A program made the position numbers and the translations under genes. 52,583 nucleotides of DNA from Anaerolinea thermophila (GTDB lineage Bacteria > Chloroflexota > Anaerolineae > Anaerolineales > Villigracilaceae), in assembly GCA_020721605.1 (NCBI GenBank), contig DYML01000001.1, positions 1 through 52,583 of the forward strand. The letters are read 5' to 3'. Shown piece after piece: positions 7,976-17,286 of this stretch (position 1 is the stretch's first letter; each line of letters starts with the position of its first letter). The notes beneath the pieces are model-generated. The model was not told the DNA's origin. It made no database searches and saw only the letters and a list, made by a program, of their open reading frames with translations.

Positions 7976-9343
7976 ATGAACCTTTCATCATTATCTCTAT
8001 CTGAACAACGCAACCTGATCAAAAGCAGAGAAATCAAAGCATCAGACCTTGCCGCTGCTTGTTACCATCAAATTGAGAAATTCAACCCAACGCTCAATGC
8101 GTTTATCACCATTACACCGCCTGAGCCGCTCAATTTACCAGACGGTCCGCTTTGCGGCATTCCAATTGCCGTAAAAGACCTTTACAACACAGAAGGCATT
8201 CTGACAACGGCAGGGTCGCTTTTTTTTGCAAACCATATTCCAAAAGAAGATGCAGTAGTTGTACAGAAAATAAAAAAAGCAGGCGCGCAAATTATTGGAA
8301 AAACCAATACACATGAAATAGCGCTCGGCGTAACAAATAACAACCCACACTATGGCGCGTGCAAAAATCCCTGGGACATTACGCGCACACCCGGCGGTTC
8401 TTCTGGCGGAAGCGCAGCCGCCGTAGCCACAGGCATGGCAATGGCAGCGCTTGGCACAGATACAGGCGGCTCGATTCGCATTCCCGCAGCGCTATGCGGT
8501 GTGGTTGGGCTAAAGGCAACCTACGGTCGCGTTAGCCTGCGCGGCATATTGCCGCTCTCCTGGAATTTGGATCATGCAGGTCCCCTCACACGCAGCGTGG
8601 AAGATGCCGCCCTTATGTTGCAGGTCATGGGCGGATATGACGAACTTGACCCCACCTCTGTGAAAACTCTTCCTGGGGATTATTCCAGCCACTTGAAAGA
8701 CAGCATGAACGGGCGCAAAGTTGCGCTTGCTGTTGGAAAGTTTATGGAAGAAGCAGACCCCGAAATTTTAGAAGCCACCCTTCAGGCGGCGCAAGTATTG
8801 GCAGACCAAGGCGCGCAAGTTACAGAAGTAAATGTAGATTTTCTCAAAGAGGGTGCGCTCGCTAATGCGCTTATGACTCAAGCAGACGGCGCGGCATTCC
8901 ACAGAGAACGATTAAAAGAACACCCGGATTGGTTTGGGGTGGATGTTCGCCAAAGGTTGGAAAGCGGCGCGGCTTTTACATCCAGCGAATATAGTTTAGC
9001 GCGGCGCACACAGGCGGAAGTGAAGAGAATGTGTGAGGTGTTGTTCAATGAATACGAAGTTCTCATTCTTCCCACCACGCCCATTGCGGCGCCTGTGTTA
9101 GCAGGTGAAGATGCTGTGGAACGCGCCCGTCAATTAACCCGCTTCACCGCGCCCTTCAACCTAACCGGAATGCCCGCGCTCAGTATTCCGTGTGGATTCA
9201 CCAAAAATGGGTTGCCAATTGGGCTGCAAATTGCCTCACGCGCCTGGAATGAAACCAGCGTGCTGCGAACCGGCTACGCATTTCAATCAGTTACAGACTG
9301 GCACACCCGTAAACACTCAACCTGGGGTGAGTTAGGAACTTAG
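7976..9343 (+). CDS. Amidase signature family protein (GatA/AtzE-like)
   Basis: AVKD, GKTN, GGSSGGS, GTDTGGSIRIPAA, GLPIGLQ. Confidence 0.92.
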   Translation: MNLSSLSLSEQRNLIKSREIKASDLAAACYHQIEKFNPTLNAFITITPPEPLNLPDGPLCGIPIAVKDLYNTEGILTTAGSLFFANHIPKEDAVVVQKIKKAGAQIIGKTNTHEIALGVTNNNPHYGACKNPWDITRTPGGSSGGSAAAVATGMAMAALGTDTGGSIRIPAALCGVVGLKATYGRVSLRGILPLSWNLDHAGPLTRSVEDAALMLQVMGGYDELDPTSVKTLPGDYSSHLKDSMNGRKVALAVGKFMEEADPEILEATLQAAQVLADQGAQVTEVNVDFLKEGALANALMTQADGAAFHRERLKEHPDWFGVDVRQRLESGAAFTSSEYSLARRTQAEVKRMCEVLFNEYEVLILPTTPIAAPVLAGEDAVERARQLTRFTAPFNLTGMPALSIPCGFTKNGLPIGLQIASRAWNETSVLRTGYAFQSVTDWHTRKHSTWGELGT

Positions 9344-9379
9344 AAGTTAAATCCTTGTACAAAAAGCAAGAAAATCTTT

Positions 9380-9478
9380 ACCACAGAGAACACAGAGCGC
9401 ACGGAGGTTTTTAAATGATTTTCTCAGTGATCTCTGTGTTCTCCGTGGTTGAATCTCTTTCGGCTTGTCCGAGTTAGG
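9380..9478. repeat. REP/MITE-like inverted repeat with 9-nt periodic arms
   Basis: ACCACAGAG-AACACAGAG-CGCACGGAG ... CTCAGTGAT-CTCTGTGTT-CTCCGTGGT (9380-9449), then CGGCTTGTCCGAGTTAGG; GAGTTAGG also at 9329-9336. Confidence 0.75.
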
Positions 9479-9500
9479 TTAAATAGCAGGCGTATGTATT

Positions 9501-9548
9501 AAAAAAAACAATGCCGCACAAATGTTAAAACACTTGTGCGGCATGTTT
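9501..9548. terminator. Terminator hairpin between convergent genes
   Basis: A-tract, then ATGCCGCACAA..TTGTGCGGCAT. Confidence 0.7.
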
Positions 9549-9579
9549 AATCCGTTTCTTTTTCTGTCAGCCTGCTTCT

Positions 9580-11328
9580 TTATTTTCGTATTTCGCAGAT
9601 TCCGTCTTTTTCATTCCAACGGCAAAAAGAATTATAAATACAGCGTGTTTCATTTTTAATAGGGGCGCAGGTGTTAATCGGCTGACTGCATTCAAGAGTG
9701 GTCACATCCAATGTGACACAGCCAGACCCTGCAAGATGTATCTCACCCGGAGAGCAGGCGCCAAGTTCGGCGTTAAATGTGGAGCCTGGCGCACAGCCAG
9801 GGTAAGTTCCGCCGCTAACCGCCTGACAACACTGGAAGGTTTCACTGTACGAAAAGCCGGCGGCACATCCCGAATAGGATTGAAGGGCAAGCGGGGCGTT
9901 ATCCACCCCATACGGCACGGTAGCCAAACCAGCAGGCGGAACACATAGCCCAGCAAGAGAATCTAAATATAAGCCAGCAGGACACTGACCATTTGCATCA
10001 GTTCCAATTACACAAGATTGCTGCCCGCCGCGATCCGCCAGCACATACCCAACAGGGCAACCAGCCACGCCAACCTGCCCCAAGATGGGGGCGTAATTAC
10101 AAGCACCCGTTGCGGGGTCGAGTAGATAACCAGATTCGCAAGTTGGGACGGGGTCCGTTACAGCCGATGAATTGCTGCAAGTGGGTTTGCAGACCGTAAC
10201 CGAGTTGGTGACTTCTTTTGCTTTTGGTCCCAGGCAGGTAAGAATACGCTGCCCATCTACAACGGCTTCTTCGCATTTTAAATCTTTATCGGCTTCATAA
10301 ATGGCGTCAACGGGAAGATATATCGTGGCGAAACTATTTCCACCTGCGCAATATTGACCAGCAATTTCGGTCTGCGGTAACTCACACCCATTGGAAACAA
10401 TTACCCCTGTGGGAATAAAAGCCGAAAGCTGGCAATAGGGGGCAAAAAGTTTTGGTTCGGTCACGGCACAACGAAAACCGAGGTCTCGGTTGTGATATGT
10501 TTGTGCGCCGCCAAAATGCCGAATGGCAGATGCGACCTGGTCAAAATCGGTCTCGAATGAACTGCCTCGAATGGAACGATATTCTCCGCTTTCAGGTCCG
10601 GTGGGGTTGGCAGAAGGCGCAGCGCTGTAATAAGATTCGCCGTACCAGTCATTCACCCATTCAAATATATTGCCAGCCATATCGTACAGACCATAGGGGC
10701 TGCGCCCACCGGGAAAAGCATCTACTTCTGAAGTTCGCCCTGAGCAAGAGCCCAGGTTGAGCAAATCGCAAGCGGGGTCATCGCTGCCCCAGGGGTAAAG
10801 AGCGCCCGCTGTGCCTCGCGCAGATTTTTCCCATTGTGCCTCAGTTGGCAATTGCCCCTGAGACCAGCCGCAGTAGGTCTGCGCTTGATTCCAGGTTACT
10901 CCAACAACTGGGTGATTGGCGTATTCTGGGTTGGTGTAAACAGATCCGCGTTCTTCAAAGGGGGCAGAGCAGGCGCCCACAGCAACACACTGGGCAAACA
11001 TGCGGTTGGTCACTTTGGTCTGGTACATCCAAAATCCATCAAGCGCCACCGTGCGGGTTGGCGAATCAAAGCCGCCATTGCCCATGATAAATTCTGAAGG
11101 TGGAATATAGACCAGTGTGCTTCCGTCAATCCATTTCATGGTTGCGCCATTTTGCGGACCCGATAAAGGCACAGTCACCAATGTTGGGGTTGGTTCTACA
11201 ACCTGGGTTTCAGTGGACGGCAGAGGTGTGGCTGTTACCACAATTACAACGGGTGTTGGTGATCCACATGCCGATAATATGAATGTGAGTATCAAACCAA
11301 ATACAAACACATAACGAATACTTTTCAT
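9580..11328 (-). CDS. Lipoprotein with FGE-sulfatase (SUMF1/EgtB/PvdO-like) domain and Cys-rich repeat C-terminus
   Basis: ILSAC lipobox; HPVVGVTW, LPTEAQWEK, GLYDMAGNIFEW, RGSSF, LGFRC; 24 Cys in the last ~285 aa. Confidence 0.88.
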   Translation of the reverse strand: MKSIRYVFVFGLILTFILSACGSPTPVVIVVTATPLPSTETQVVEPTPTLVTVPLSGPQNGATMKWIDGSTLVYIPPSEFIMGNGGFDSPTRTVALDGFWMYQTKVTNRMFAQCVAVGACSAPFEERGSVYTNPEYANHPVVGVTWNQAQTYCGWSQGQLPTEAQWEKSARGTAGALYPWGSDDPACDLLNLGSCSGRTSEVDAFPGGRSPYGLYDMAGNIFEWVNDWYGESYYSAAPSANPTGPESGEYRSIRGSSFETDFDQVASAIRHFGGAQTYHNRDLGFRCAVTEPKLFAPYCQLSAFIPTGVIVSNGCELPQTEIAGQYCAGGNSFATIYLPVDAIYEADKDLKCEEAVVDGQRILTCLGPKAKEVTNSVTVCKPTCSNSSAVTDPVPTCESGYLLDPATGACNYAPILGQVGVAGCPVGYVLADRGGQQSCVIGTDANGQCPAGLYLDSLAGLCVPPAGLATVPYGVDNAPLALQSYSGCAAGFSYSETFQCCQAVSGGTYPGCAPGSTFNAELGACSPGEIHLAGSGCVTLDVTTLECSQPINTCAPIKNETRCIYNSFCRWNEKDGICEIRK

Positions 11329-11532
11329 TCAATCTCCTTTTCCCGCATTTGCGGGGGACATTATTATAATGCAGCGCCCATGCCTGTTTTGTGTTTAAAT
11401 CCCCTGCCATGAAAATGTAAAAAGGCTCCCCCATGAATAATACGCAATTTCTATTACACATTTAACTGCCAAAGCAGCCCCTAAAGTTTTTTGAATTTAG
11501 AGTTTATCTTCAATGGGCATGAAAGGTCAAAT

Positions 11533-11970
11533 TTATTGTCCTGGAGTGGCAGTGACCAAAAATTGTAACTGACCCATGTTTACAGTTTGACCGGCAATAA
11601 TCTCAACCGAGTGTTCGTGCCCTGTTTCGGCATTCGCCACAACCAAAGATTGGCTGCCAGCAGGAATACGATTTAAGAAAAAAGAACCATCCGATGAAGT
11701 ACGGACAATTTGATTCACACCGATTACAAATACTTCGCCAAGAAATGGAGCGCCTTGTGCGTCTATCACCCTTCCTTGCACCGAGCCAGTACCAATTAAG
11801 AGACTGACAGTTTGGGATTGCAAAAAATTTGCAATCCCTAAAAAGAGAGAAATGGTAAACAAAACGCCCAAAAGGATACGGATACGGCGTTTTTTTAGAG
11901 ATGGGTCGGGCAGATTTTCAGGAAGCCCTGTTTTATACTCGTCTAGCGAAGGAGATTTTTCAAATGACAT
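11533..11970 (-). CDS. Membrane-anchored carboxypeptidase-regulatory-like (beta-sandwich) protein
   Basis: One TM helix, then GSVQGRVID..TSSDGSFFL..IPAG. Confidence 0.75.
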   Translation of the reverse strand: MSFEKSPSLDEYKTGLPENLPDPSLKKRRIRILLGVLFTISLFLGIANFLQSQTVSLLIGTGSVQGRVIDAQGAPFLGEVFVIGVNQIVRTSSDGSFFLNRIPAGSQSLVVANAETGHEHSVEIIAGQTVNMGQLQFLVTATPGQ

Positions 11971-11982
11971 AATGCCCTCAAT

Positions 11983-12687
11983 TTATGGAATGGAGTTCAT
12001 TTCAAATTGATCAAAGCAAACTTTTGTGCTGTCCCAGGTACGAATGCCTGCGCCGCCGCTGGTATAAGTAGAATCAGTTGCAGTTAAGACAGCCACACCG
12101 TCCACATACGCGGTGAAGGTGTCCCCCTCTACAACAACTTGGATGTCACGCGGGGTGTTATACCAACTATAGCCGGGGGCTGGCGCTACAGCAATGGGAG
12201 TGCTTAATTCTTTTCCATTCACCCATTTTCGAAAAATAAACGAACCTGGGTAATAGCCTGGGTCATACTGAAAAACATAACCAGTCATGCCGGTAGGGGT
12301 GTCTTCCGCACGAAAAGCGACTCCATATCCTGACCCGGAAGTTAGGTCTGAACCGCTCAAGGTCACTGAGTAATCGTCCGTGCCACTGGCAGTGGAGCAA
12401 GTATTCAGCAGGCGGGTGTAGCTGGAAGGACAATACGCGCCGTCTTCAATGCTGCCTGGCACACCTTGCAGAACAGTCCAACCGGAGAGGTCTGTCGAAA
12501 AATCGTCCAAGCACAACTGAGTTGGCTCACAAGCCTGACCGCCAGAAATTTTATCGGCAGCATAGCAGTAGGCATCGTAAACAGATATGCCGTACAACTG
12601 AAGCGCCAATATAATGCCGACGGCAATCAATGCAATCAAAATGGAGTATTCAACCAGTCCTTGCCCACGAAAAAATTTTTTTATCAT
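11983..12687 (-). CDS. Flp (type IVb/Tad) pilin-like N-terminus fused to a DUF1080/CBM66-like lectin-fold domain
   Basis: RG|QGLVEY prepilin motif plus hydrophobic helix; C-terminal DDFS..W..YGVAFR..AYVDG..TDSTYTSGGAGIRTW..FD. Confidence 0.75.
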   Translation of the reverse strand: MIKKFFRGQGLVEYSILIALIAVGIILALQLYGISVYDAYCYAADKISGGQACEPTQLCLDDFSTDLSGWTVLQGVPGSIEDGAYCPSSYTRLLNTCSTASGTDDYSVTLSGSDLTSGSGYGVAFRAEDTPTGMTGYVFQYDPGYYPGSFIFRKWVNGKELSTPIAVAPAPGYSWYNTPRDIQVVVEGDTFTAYVDGVAVLTATDSTYTSGGAGIRTWDSTKVCFDQFEMNSIP

Positions 12688-12717
12688 TTTAAGTCCTGCT
12701 TTGGCGAAAATATGTGC

Positions 12718-13926
12718 TTATTTTTGACGGGCGCGGGCGCGCTCGCGTACTCTTTTATAACCATCTTTTACAGTTTGCGGTAAGGAGGATCGCTGACTTT
12801 CCTTGCTCCAATGATAGGCAAGGTCTTCAAATAATGCGCCAATGGCGCCGTTGGGGTCTTGAAAAACTGGCGGCTTTCCGTAGGTGAGTGCGCTCACCAG
12901 CGCATCGCCCACGTTGGGGAGAACAATATCCACCTTGCGCTTAATTGCTTTTTCTATTTCGGTACGCGCCAGTCCTTTGCCAGAGAAAGTCCAGTTTAGC
13001 AGCAGTTGAATTTTTTCGGGTGGATAGTTCAATCGGTCAAAGACTTCAAGCGCAATGCTTGCATTGCGAACAGAAGAGAGTTCGGGGGAAAGTAAAAGGA
13101 CAATTCTATCTGCCAGATCAAGGGCGGCAACAGTGGTGGCGCTAAAATCATGCGGCAGGTCAAATATTAAATATTCAAATTGGTTTTTGAGCAGTTTTAA
13201 AGTGCGCTGTACCTGGTCTACATGAAGCAGTTCGGCATCTTCAAAGCGTTTTGGGCAGGCAAGCACGCGCAACCCAGATTCGTGGCTTAATAATATTCGT
13301 TGCAGCATGTCGGCATCTATTTCATCGGCGCGTACGCCGGCAAGATCGCCCCAACTGTTACGCAAAGGAACATCCAACATTAATGCGCTCTGTCCATTAA
13401 TCAACGCCATATCCACCAGGCAAACAGGCGAGTTCCAAACCTGAGCCAAGCCCACCGAAAGGTTGGTGGCAACGGTGGAAACCCCCACGCCTCCTCTTAA
13501 AGAAAAAACTGCGGTCACTTCTGCTTGAAGAGCGGCGGCAGAGGCGGTCTGGGGCATCAGGCGGCGTAAAAGAACCTTAACCCGCGCCTGTAATTCCTGC
13601 GGATTAAACGGCTTGGCAATAAAATCATCGGCGCCGGCTTCAAATGCCTTAAGACGCTCATCCAACTCGCTTAGGGTGGTTAATATAATAATTGGAATTT
13701 GCGAGGTTTCGGGGCGGGCGCGAAGTTGGCGGCACAATTCATAGCCGTCCATGTCTGGCATCATCACATCCAAAATTGCCAAAACAGGGTGAACATCTTC
13801 AATGTTAGACAAGGCTTCAGCCGCATTTTGCGCAGTTGCCACCGCGTAGCCAACAGCCTGCAAGGCGGCTGAAACAATTTTTAGATTAATCTCATTATCG
13901 TCTACGACATAGATGGTATCCGTCAT
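12718..13926 (-). CDS. CpaE/TadZ-like receiver plus MinD/ParA-type pilus assembly regulator
   Basis: REC domain (VVDD, LDVMMP, FIAKP); degenerate P-loop SLRGGVGVST; LIFDLP; upstream of the Flp-like gene. Confidence 0.85.
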   Translation of the reverse strand: MTDTIYVVDDNEINLKIVSAALQAVGYAVATAQNAAEALSNIEDVHPVLAILDVMMPDMDGYELCRQLRARPETSQIPIIILTTLSELDERLKAFEAGADDFIAKPFNPQELQARVKVLLRRLMPQTASAAALQAEVTAVFSLRGGVGVSTVATNLSVGLAQVWNSPVCLVDMALINGQSALMLDVPLRNSWGDLAGVRADEIDADMLQRILLSHESGLRVLACPKRFEDAELLHVDQVQRTLKLLKNQFEYLIFDLPHDFSATTVAALDLADRIVLLLSPELSSVRNASIALEVFDRLNYPPEKIQLLLNWTFSGKGLARTEIEKAIKRKVDIVLPNVGDALVSALTYGKPPVFQDPNGAIGALFEDLAYHWSKESQRSSLPQTVKDGYKRVRERARARQK

Positions 13927-14260
13927 GTTAAAACATGTCCTTTTTATTATGCAGGCAAATTATCAATATGCCGCTTGGTATTATACTCCAGTGAGATTTG
14001 AAAAAATGCAAAAACAGTGGGATTTTTATTTCAGTTGCGTTGAATATTTTTCGGTTTTACAAAAGCCGCCCTGTCTGATGCGCCCTTCCACCTGCCTGCA
14101 TAAGCGTTTATACTCTGCACTTCATAATTTTGATACGCGGCTGGTATTTTATACATCACTTGCAAAAACTACAGATTAGGCGGGCTACACACCCTGCAAA
14201 TACTTCTGCAAAAGACCAGTCACTTTTTTATAAAAAACCACTTGTAATCTCAAACCTGAC

Positions 14261-15970
14261 ATGCCATACGCCAAACACTGGAACATCCCCCCGCTCATCA
14301 CGCCCGAAGCGGATTCTGCGCTATCAAAATTTCCCCCGATCCTAAGACAAATTCTCTTCAACCGAGGGTTTCCAACCGATGCCGAGGCGCGGGCGTATCT
14401 TAACGCCAAGCCCAATTTTGAGACCGATCCATTTCTAATGACAGGAATGCGGGCGGCAGTGGATCGAATTCAAGTTGCCATTGAGCGGAATCAGCCGATT
14501 GCCATTTATGGTGATTATGATGTGGATGGCGTTACTTCCACTGTTTTGCTGGTGGAGGCGCTGCAATCCTTCCATGCCAATGTGCGCGGGTATATTCCCA
14601 ACCGCTTTGAAGAAGGCTATGGTCTCAACAATGAGGCAATGGACAAACTTAAAGCAGACGGCGTGCAACTGGTGATTACGGTGGACTGCGGAATTCGCTC
14701 TCCAAACGAGGCGCTTCACGCCCGCCAACTCGGCTTGGATCTTATTATCAGCGACCACCATCACCCCGCCGAAGGCGACCTGCCCGCAGCCCTGGCTGTC
14801 ATCAACCCCAAACAGCGCGGTGATCTATACCCCGATAAAGACCTTGCGGGCGTGGGCATTGCCTATAAAATTGCAGAGGCGCTCAGCGTTGCCCTTCCAC
14901 AACCCGCATTAAACCTTAATGCGCTGCTAGATTTGGTTGCGCTTGGCACAGTAGCAGATTTAGCGCCATTAATGGGCGAGAATCGTATTCTGGTGCGCAA
15001 GGGATTAAGGCAAATGAAACAAACACTGCGGCAGGGGCTGTTCTCGCTGGCTGCGGTTTCGGATGTAAAACTGAATAAAGTGAATGCGGGCAATATTGGC
15101 TTTTCACTGGGTCCGCGCCTGAACGCAGCAGGCAGATTAAAAGAAGCGCTCGCCGCGTATGAATTACTGCTCACCAAAGACCCCGCCCGCGCCGGACAAT
15201 TGGCGCAAGAACTCAACCTTCAAAATCGTGACAGACAAAATATTACGCGCGAGATGCAAACAAAAGCAGAAGCAATTGCAATCGGCGATGACCCCAATAC
15301 CTGCCTGCTCTTTGCCGCACATGAAGACTTTAATTCAGGGGTCATTGGTCTGGCTGCCTCACGCCTGACAGAAACGTATTACCGCCCGTCCATTGTGGCT
15401 TCAAAAGGGGAAGAAGAAACACGCGGATCGTGTCGCTCCATTCCAGAATTTCACATCACCAATGCGTTAGATCAATGCGCCGACCTGCTTGTACGGCACG
15501 GGGGACATGCCGCAGCAGCGGGATTCACAGTCAAAAACGAGAATTTGTCGGCGCTGGTGATGCGGCTAAAATTAATTGCGGCAGAGCAATTATCGCAAAC
15601 AGACCTTAAACCTACAGTGACCGCAGATATGGAAGTTTCACTGGTGGATATACGCCCCGACTTATACGAGAAGTGCTTGAAATATCTTGAGCCAACAGGC
15701 TATGGAAATCAACATGCAGCGTTTGCAGCACGGAATATTAAAGTAAAAAATTCACGCGCCATCGGCGCAGATTCAAAACACCTCAAATTATCTTTGGAAG
15801 ATGAAGCAGGGTACATACACGATGCCATTGGATTCAGGCTGGGTGACTGGCAAAAGAAGATCACGCCGCGCGTGGACATTCTCTTCACCTATGAAATTAA
15901 TGAATTTAACGGGCGCGTTGGGTATCAATTAAATTTAAAAGATATTCGAGCCGCAGGGGCAGCAGAATAA
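14261..15970 (+). CDS. recJ: Single-stranded-DNA-specific exonuclease RecJ
   Basis: YGDYDVDG, TVDCG, SDHH, LGTVAD, GPRLNAAGRL, GGHAAAAG. Confidence 0.97.
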   Translation: MPYAKHWNIPPLITPEADSALSKFPPILRQILFNRGFPTDAEARAYLNAKPNFETDPFLMTGMRAAVDRIQVAIERNQPIAIYGDYDVDGVTSTVLLVEALQSFHANVRGYIPNRFEEGYGLNNEAMDKLKADGVQLVITVDCGIRSPNEALHARQLGLDLIISDHHHPAEGDLPAALAVINPKQRGDLYPDKDLAGVGIAYKIAEALSVALPQPALNLNALLDLVALGTVADLAPLMGENRILVRKGLRQMKQTLRQGLFSLAAVSDVKLNKVNAGNIGFSLGPRLNAAGRLKEALAAYELLLTKDPARAGQLAQELNLQNRDRQNITREMQTKAEAIAIGDDPNTCLLFAAHEDFNSGVIGLAASRLTETYYRPSIVASKGEEETRGSCRSIPEFHITNALDQCADLLVRHGGHAAAAGFTVKNENLSALVMRLKLIAAEQLSQTDLKPTVTADMEVSLVDIRPDLYEKCLKYLEPTGYGNQHAAFAARNIKVKNSRAIGADSKHLKLSLEDEAGYIHDAIGFRLGDWQKKITPRVDILFTYEINEFNGRVGYQLNLKDIRAAGAAE

Positions 15971-16003
15971 AGCCTTGTAAAAAACAACCTGCCTCAATGG
16001 GGG

Positions 16004-17086
16004 CTATGGTCCCCAGCGTGGCTGATAGTCACAATAATCATTATGAGTCAGTCGGCGCAAGTCTGTACCGTCCACACGCATCACATAAATCTCACATCCG
16101 TTTTCATCCCCGTAGGCATCGTAATATGCGGTGAACGTAACCCACTGACCATCGGGCGAAAAAGAAGGTCCTTGCGCGTTTCCGCCCAGCGGAGAAATAA
16201 TGTGCGCATTTGAGCCGTCTGCATTCATCAAATAAATCTCGTGCTGCCACGAATCACCAGAGTAGGTGACAATGAATTGCCCGTCAGCTGACCAATCACT
16301 TCGCCCGCGAATGGCGGGCAGGCTGCTAACGCGGTGCATATCCTTGCCGTTCACGCGCATCCGAAACAATTCAGTTGCCCCTTCCACGTCTGAAGCAAAT
16401 AAAACATATTCACCATCTGGCGACCAGGTTGGGTCCCAGCCTTCCACGCGCGAAATTTTATCGGGGCTGTTGCCGTTGCGTTCCATCACCCAGATCACGT
16501 TTTTATCCAAATTGGCTGACCATAGTTTGAAGACAATCTGTTTGCCATCGGGCGAAATTTCCGGCGCATTAAGATTGCCCAGTTTATTGGTCAATTGAAT
16601 TACTTTGCCTGTGGCAAGGTTCATTTCGTAAATTTCATAGATATTCGCTTTCAAAAAAGCGGCATACGCCACACTTTGTCCATCGGGCGACAAAGACGGA
16701 TAATAATGCTGCCTGTTCTCGTCAGCGGTCAGGCGTTGAAACCCGCTGCCATCTGCGTTAATGATGCAAATTTGATTGCTGGCTTGCGTTTTAAATATTT
16801 GGCAGGTGAAAACGATCTTCCCTTTTGGCTGTTCGGCGGGGGAGGAAGTTTGAGCAGATGCGGTGGTTGGCGCGGCGCTGGGCGGAACAGGCGTGGACAA
16901 AATGGAAGAGAAGGTGGGCGTCTGCGCAAAAGTTGCTATTGGAGATGCGCTTGCCGCAAACGGTGTAGAGGCGGATAATGTGGCAAACAAATCTGTGGCG
17001 GGGGTTGGCGCAGCGCCGCCCACGTTGCAGGCAAGGAGCAGGAAAGGCAGCCCGATCCAGATGTGTAGTTTTTTATTTTTTTTCAT
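16004..17086 (-). CDS. TolB-like PD40 beta-propeller lipoprotein
   Basis: LLLAC lipobox, Pro/Thr/Ser linker, repeated SPDG/SADG blades. Confidence 0.88.
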   Translation of the reverse strand: MKKNKKLHIWIGLPFLLLACNVGGAAPTPATDLFATLSASTPFAASASPIATFAQTPTFSSILSTPVPPSAAPTTASAQTSSPAEQPKGKIVFTCQIFKTQASNQICIINADGSGFQRLTADENRQHYYPSLSPDGQSVAYAAFLKANIYEIYEMNLATGKVIQLTNKLGNLNAPEISPDGKQIVFKLWSANLDKNVIWVMERNGNSPDKISRVEGWDPTWSPDGEYVLFASDVEGATELFRMRVNGKDMHRVSSLPAIRGRSDWSADGQFIVTYSGDSWQHEIYLMNADGSNAHIISPLGGNAQGPSFSPDGQWVTFTAYYDAYGDENGCEIYVMRVDGTDLRRLTHNDYCDYQPRWGP

Positions 17087-17286
17087 TTTTTCACCTTGTT
17101 AATAAGCAGGCTGGGCATAACATACCAGGCGGCAAAAATTATCGAAAAGCAGGCTTGATCTGCAATGGGATTAAACCACAGGCTTGGTGCGGAAGGCGGT
17201 TCTCTTTCAAATGCGCTTTATAAAAATAAAACGCCCGCAATTTTTATAAATCACGGACGTTTTTATGGCAGCAGCGAAACTTCATT

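Noticed and set aside
9380-9449. Periodic repeats as a possible CRISPR array
   Set aside because: 9-nt units forming one inverted repeat, no unique spacers, no cas genes
9580-11328. FGE/C-type-lectin fold as a diversity-generating retroelement target
   Set aside because: No reverse transcriptase, and I saw no second near-identical copy differing at adenines (template repeat) in the window
13990-14230. Recurring TGCAAA(A) motifs between cpaE and recJ
   Set aside because: Irregular spacing and a short AT-rich motif; cannot be distinguished from chance
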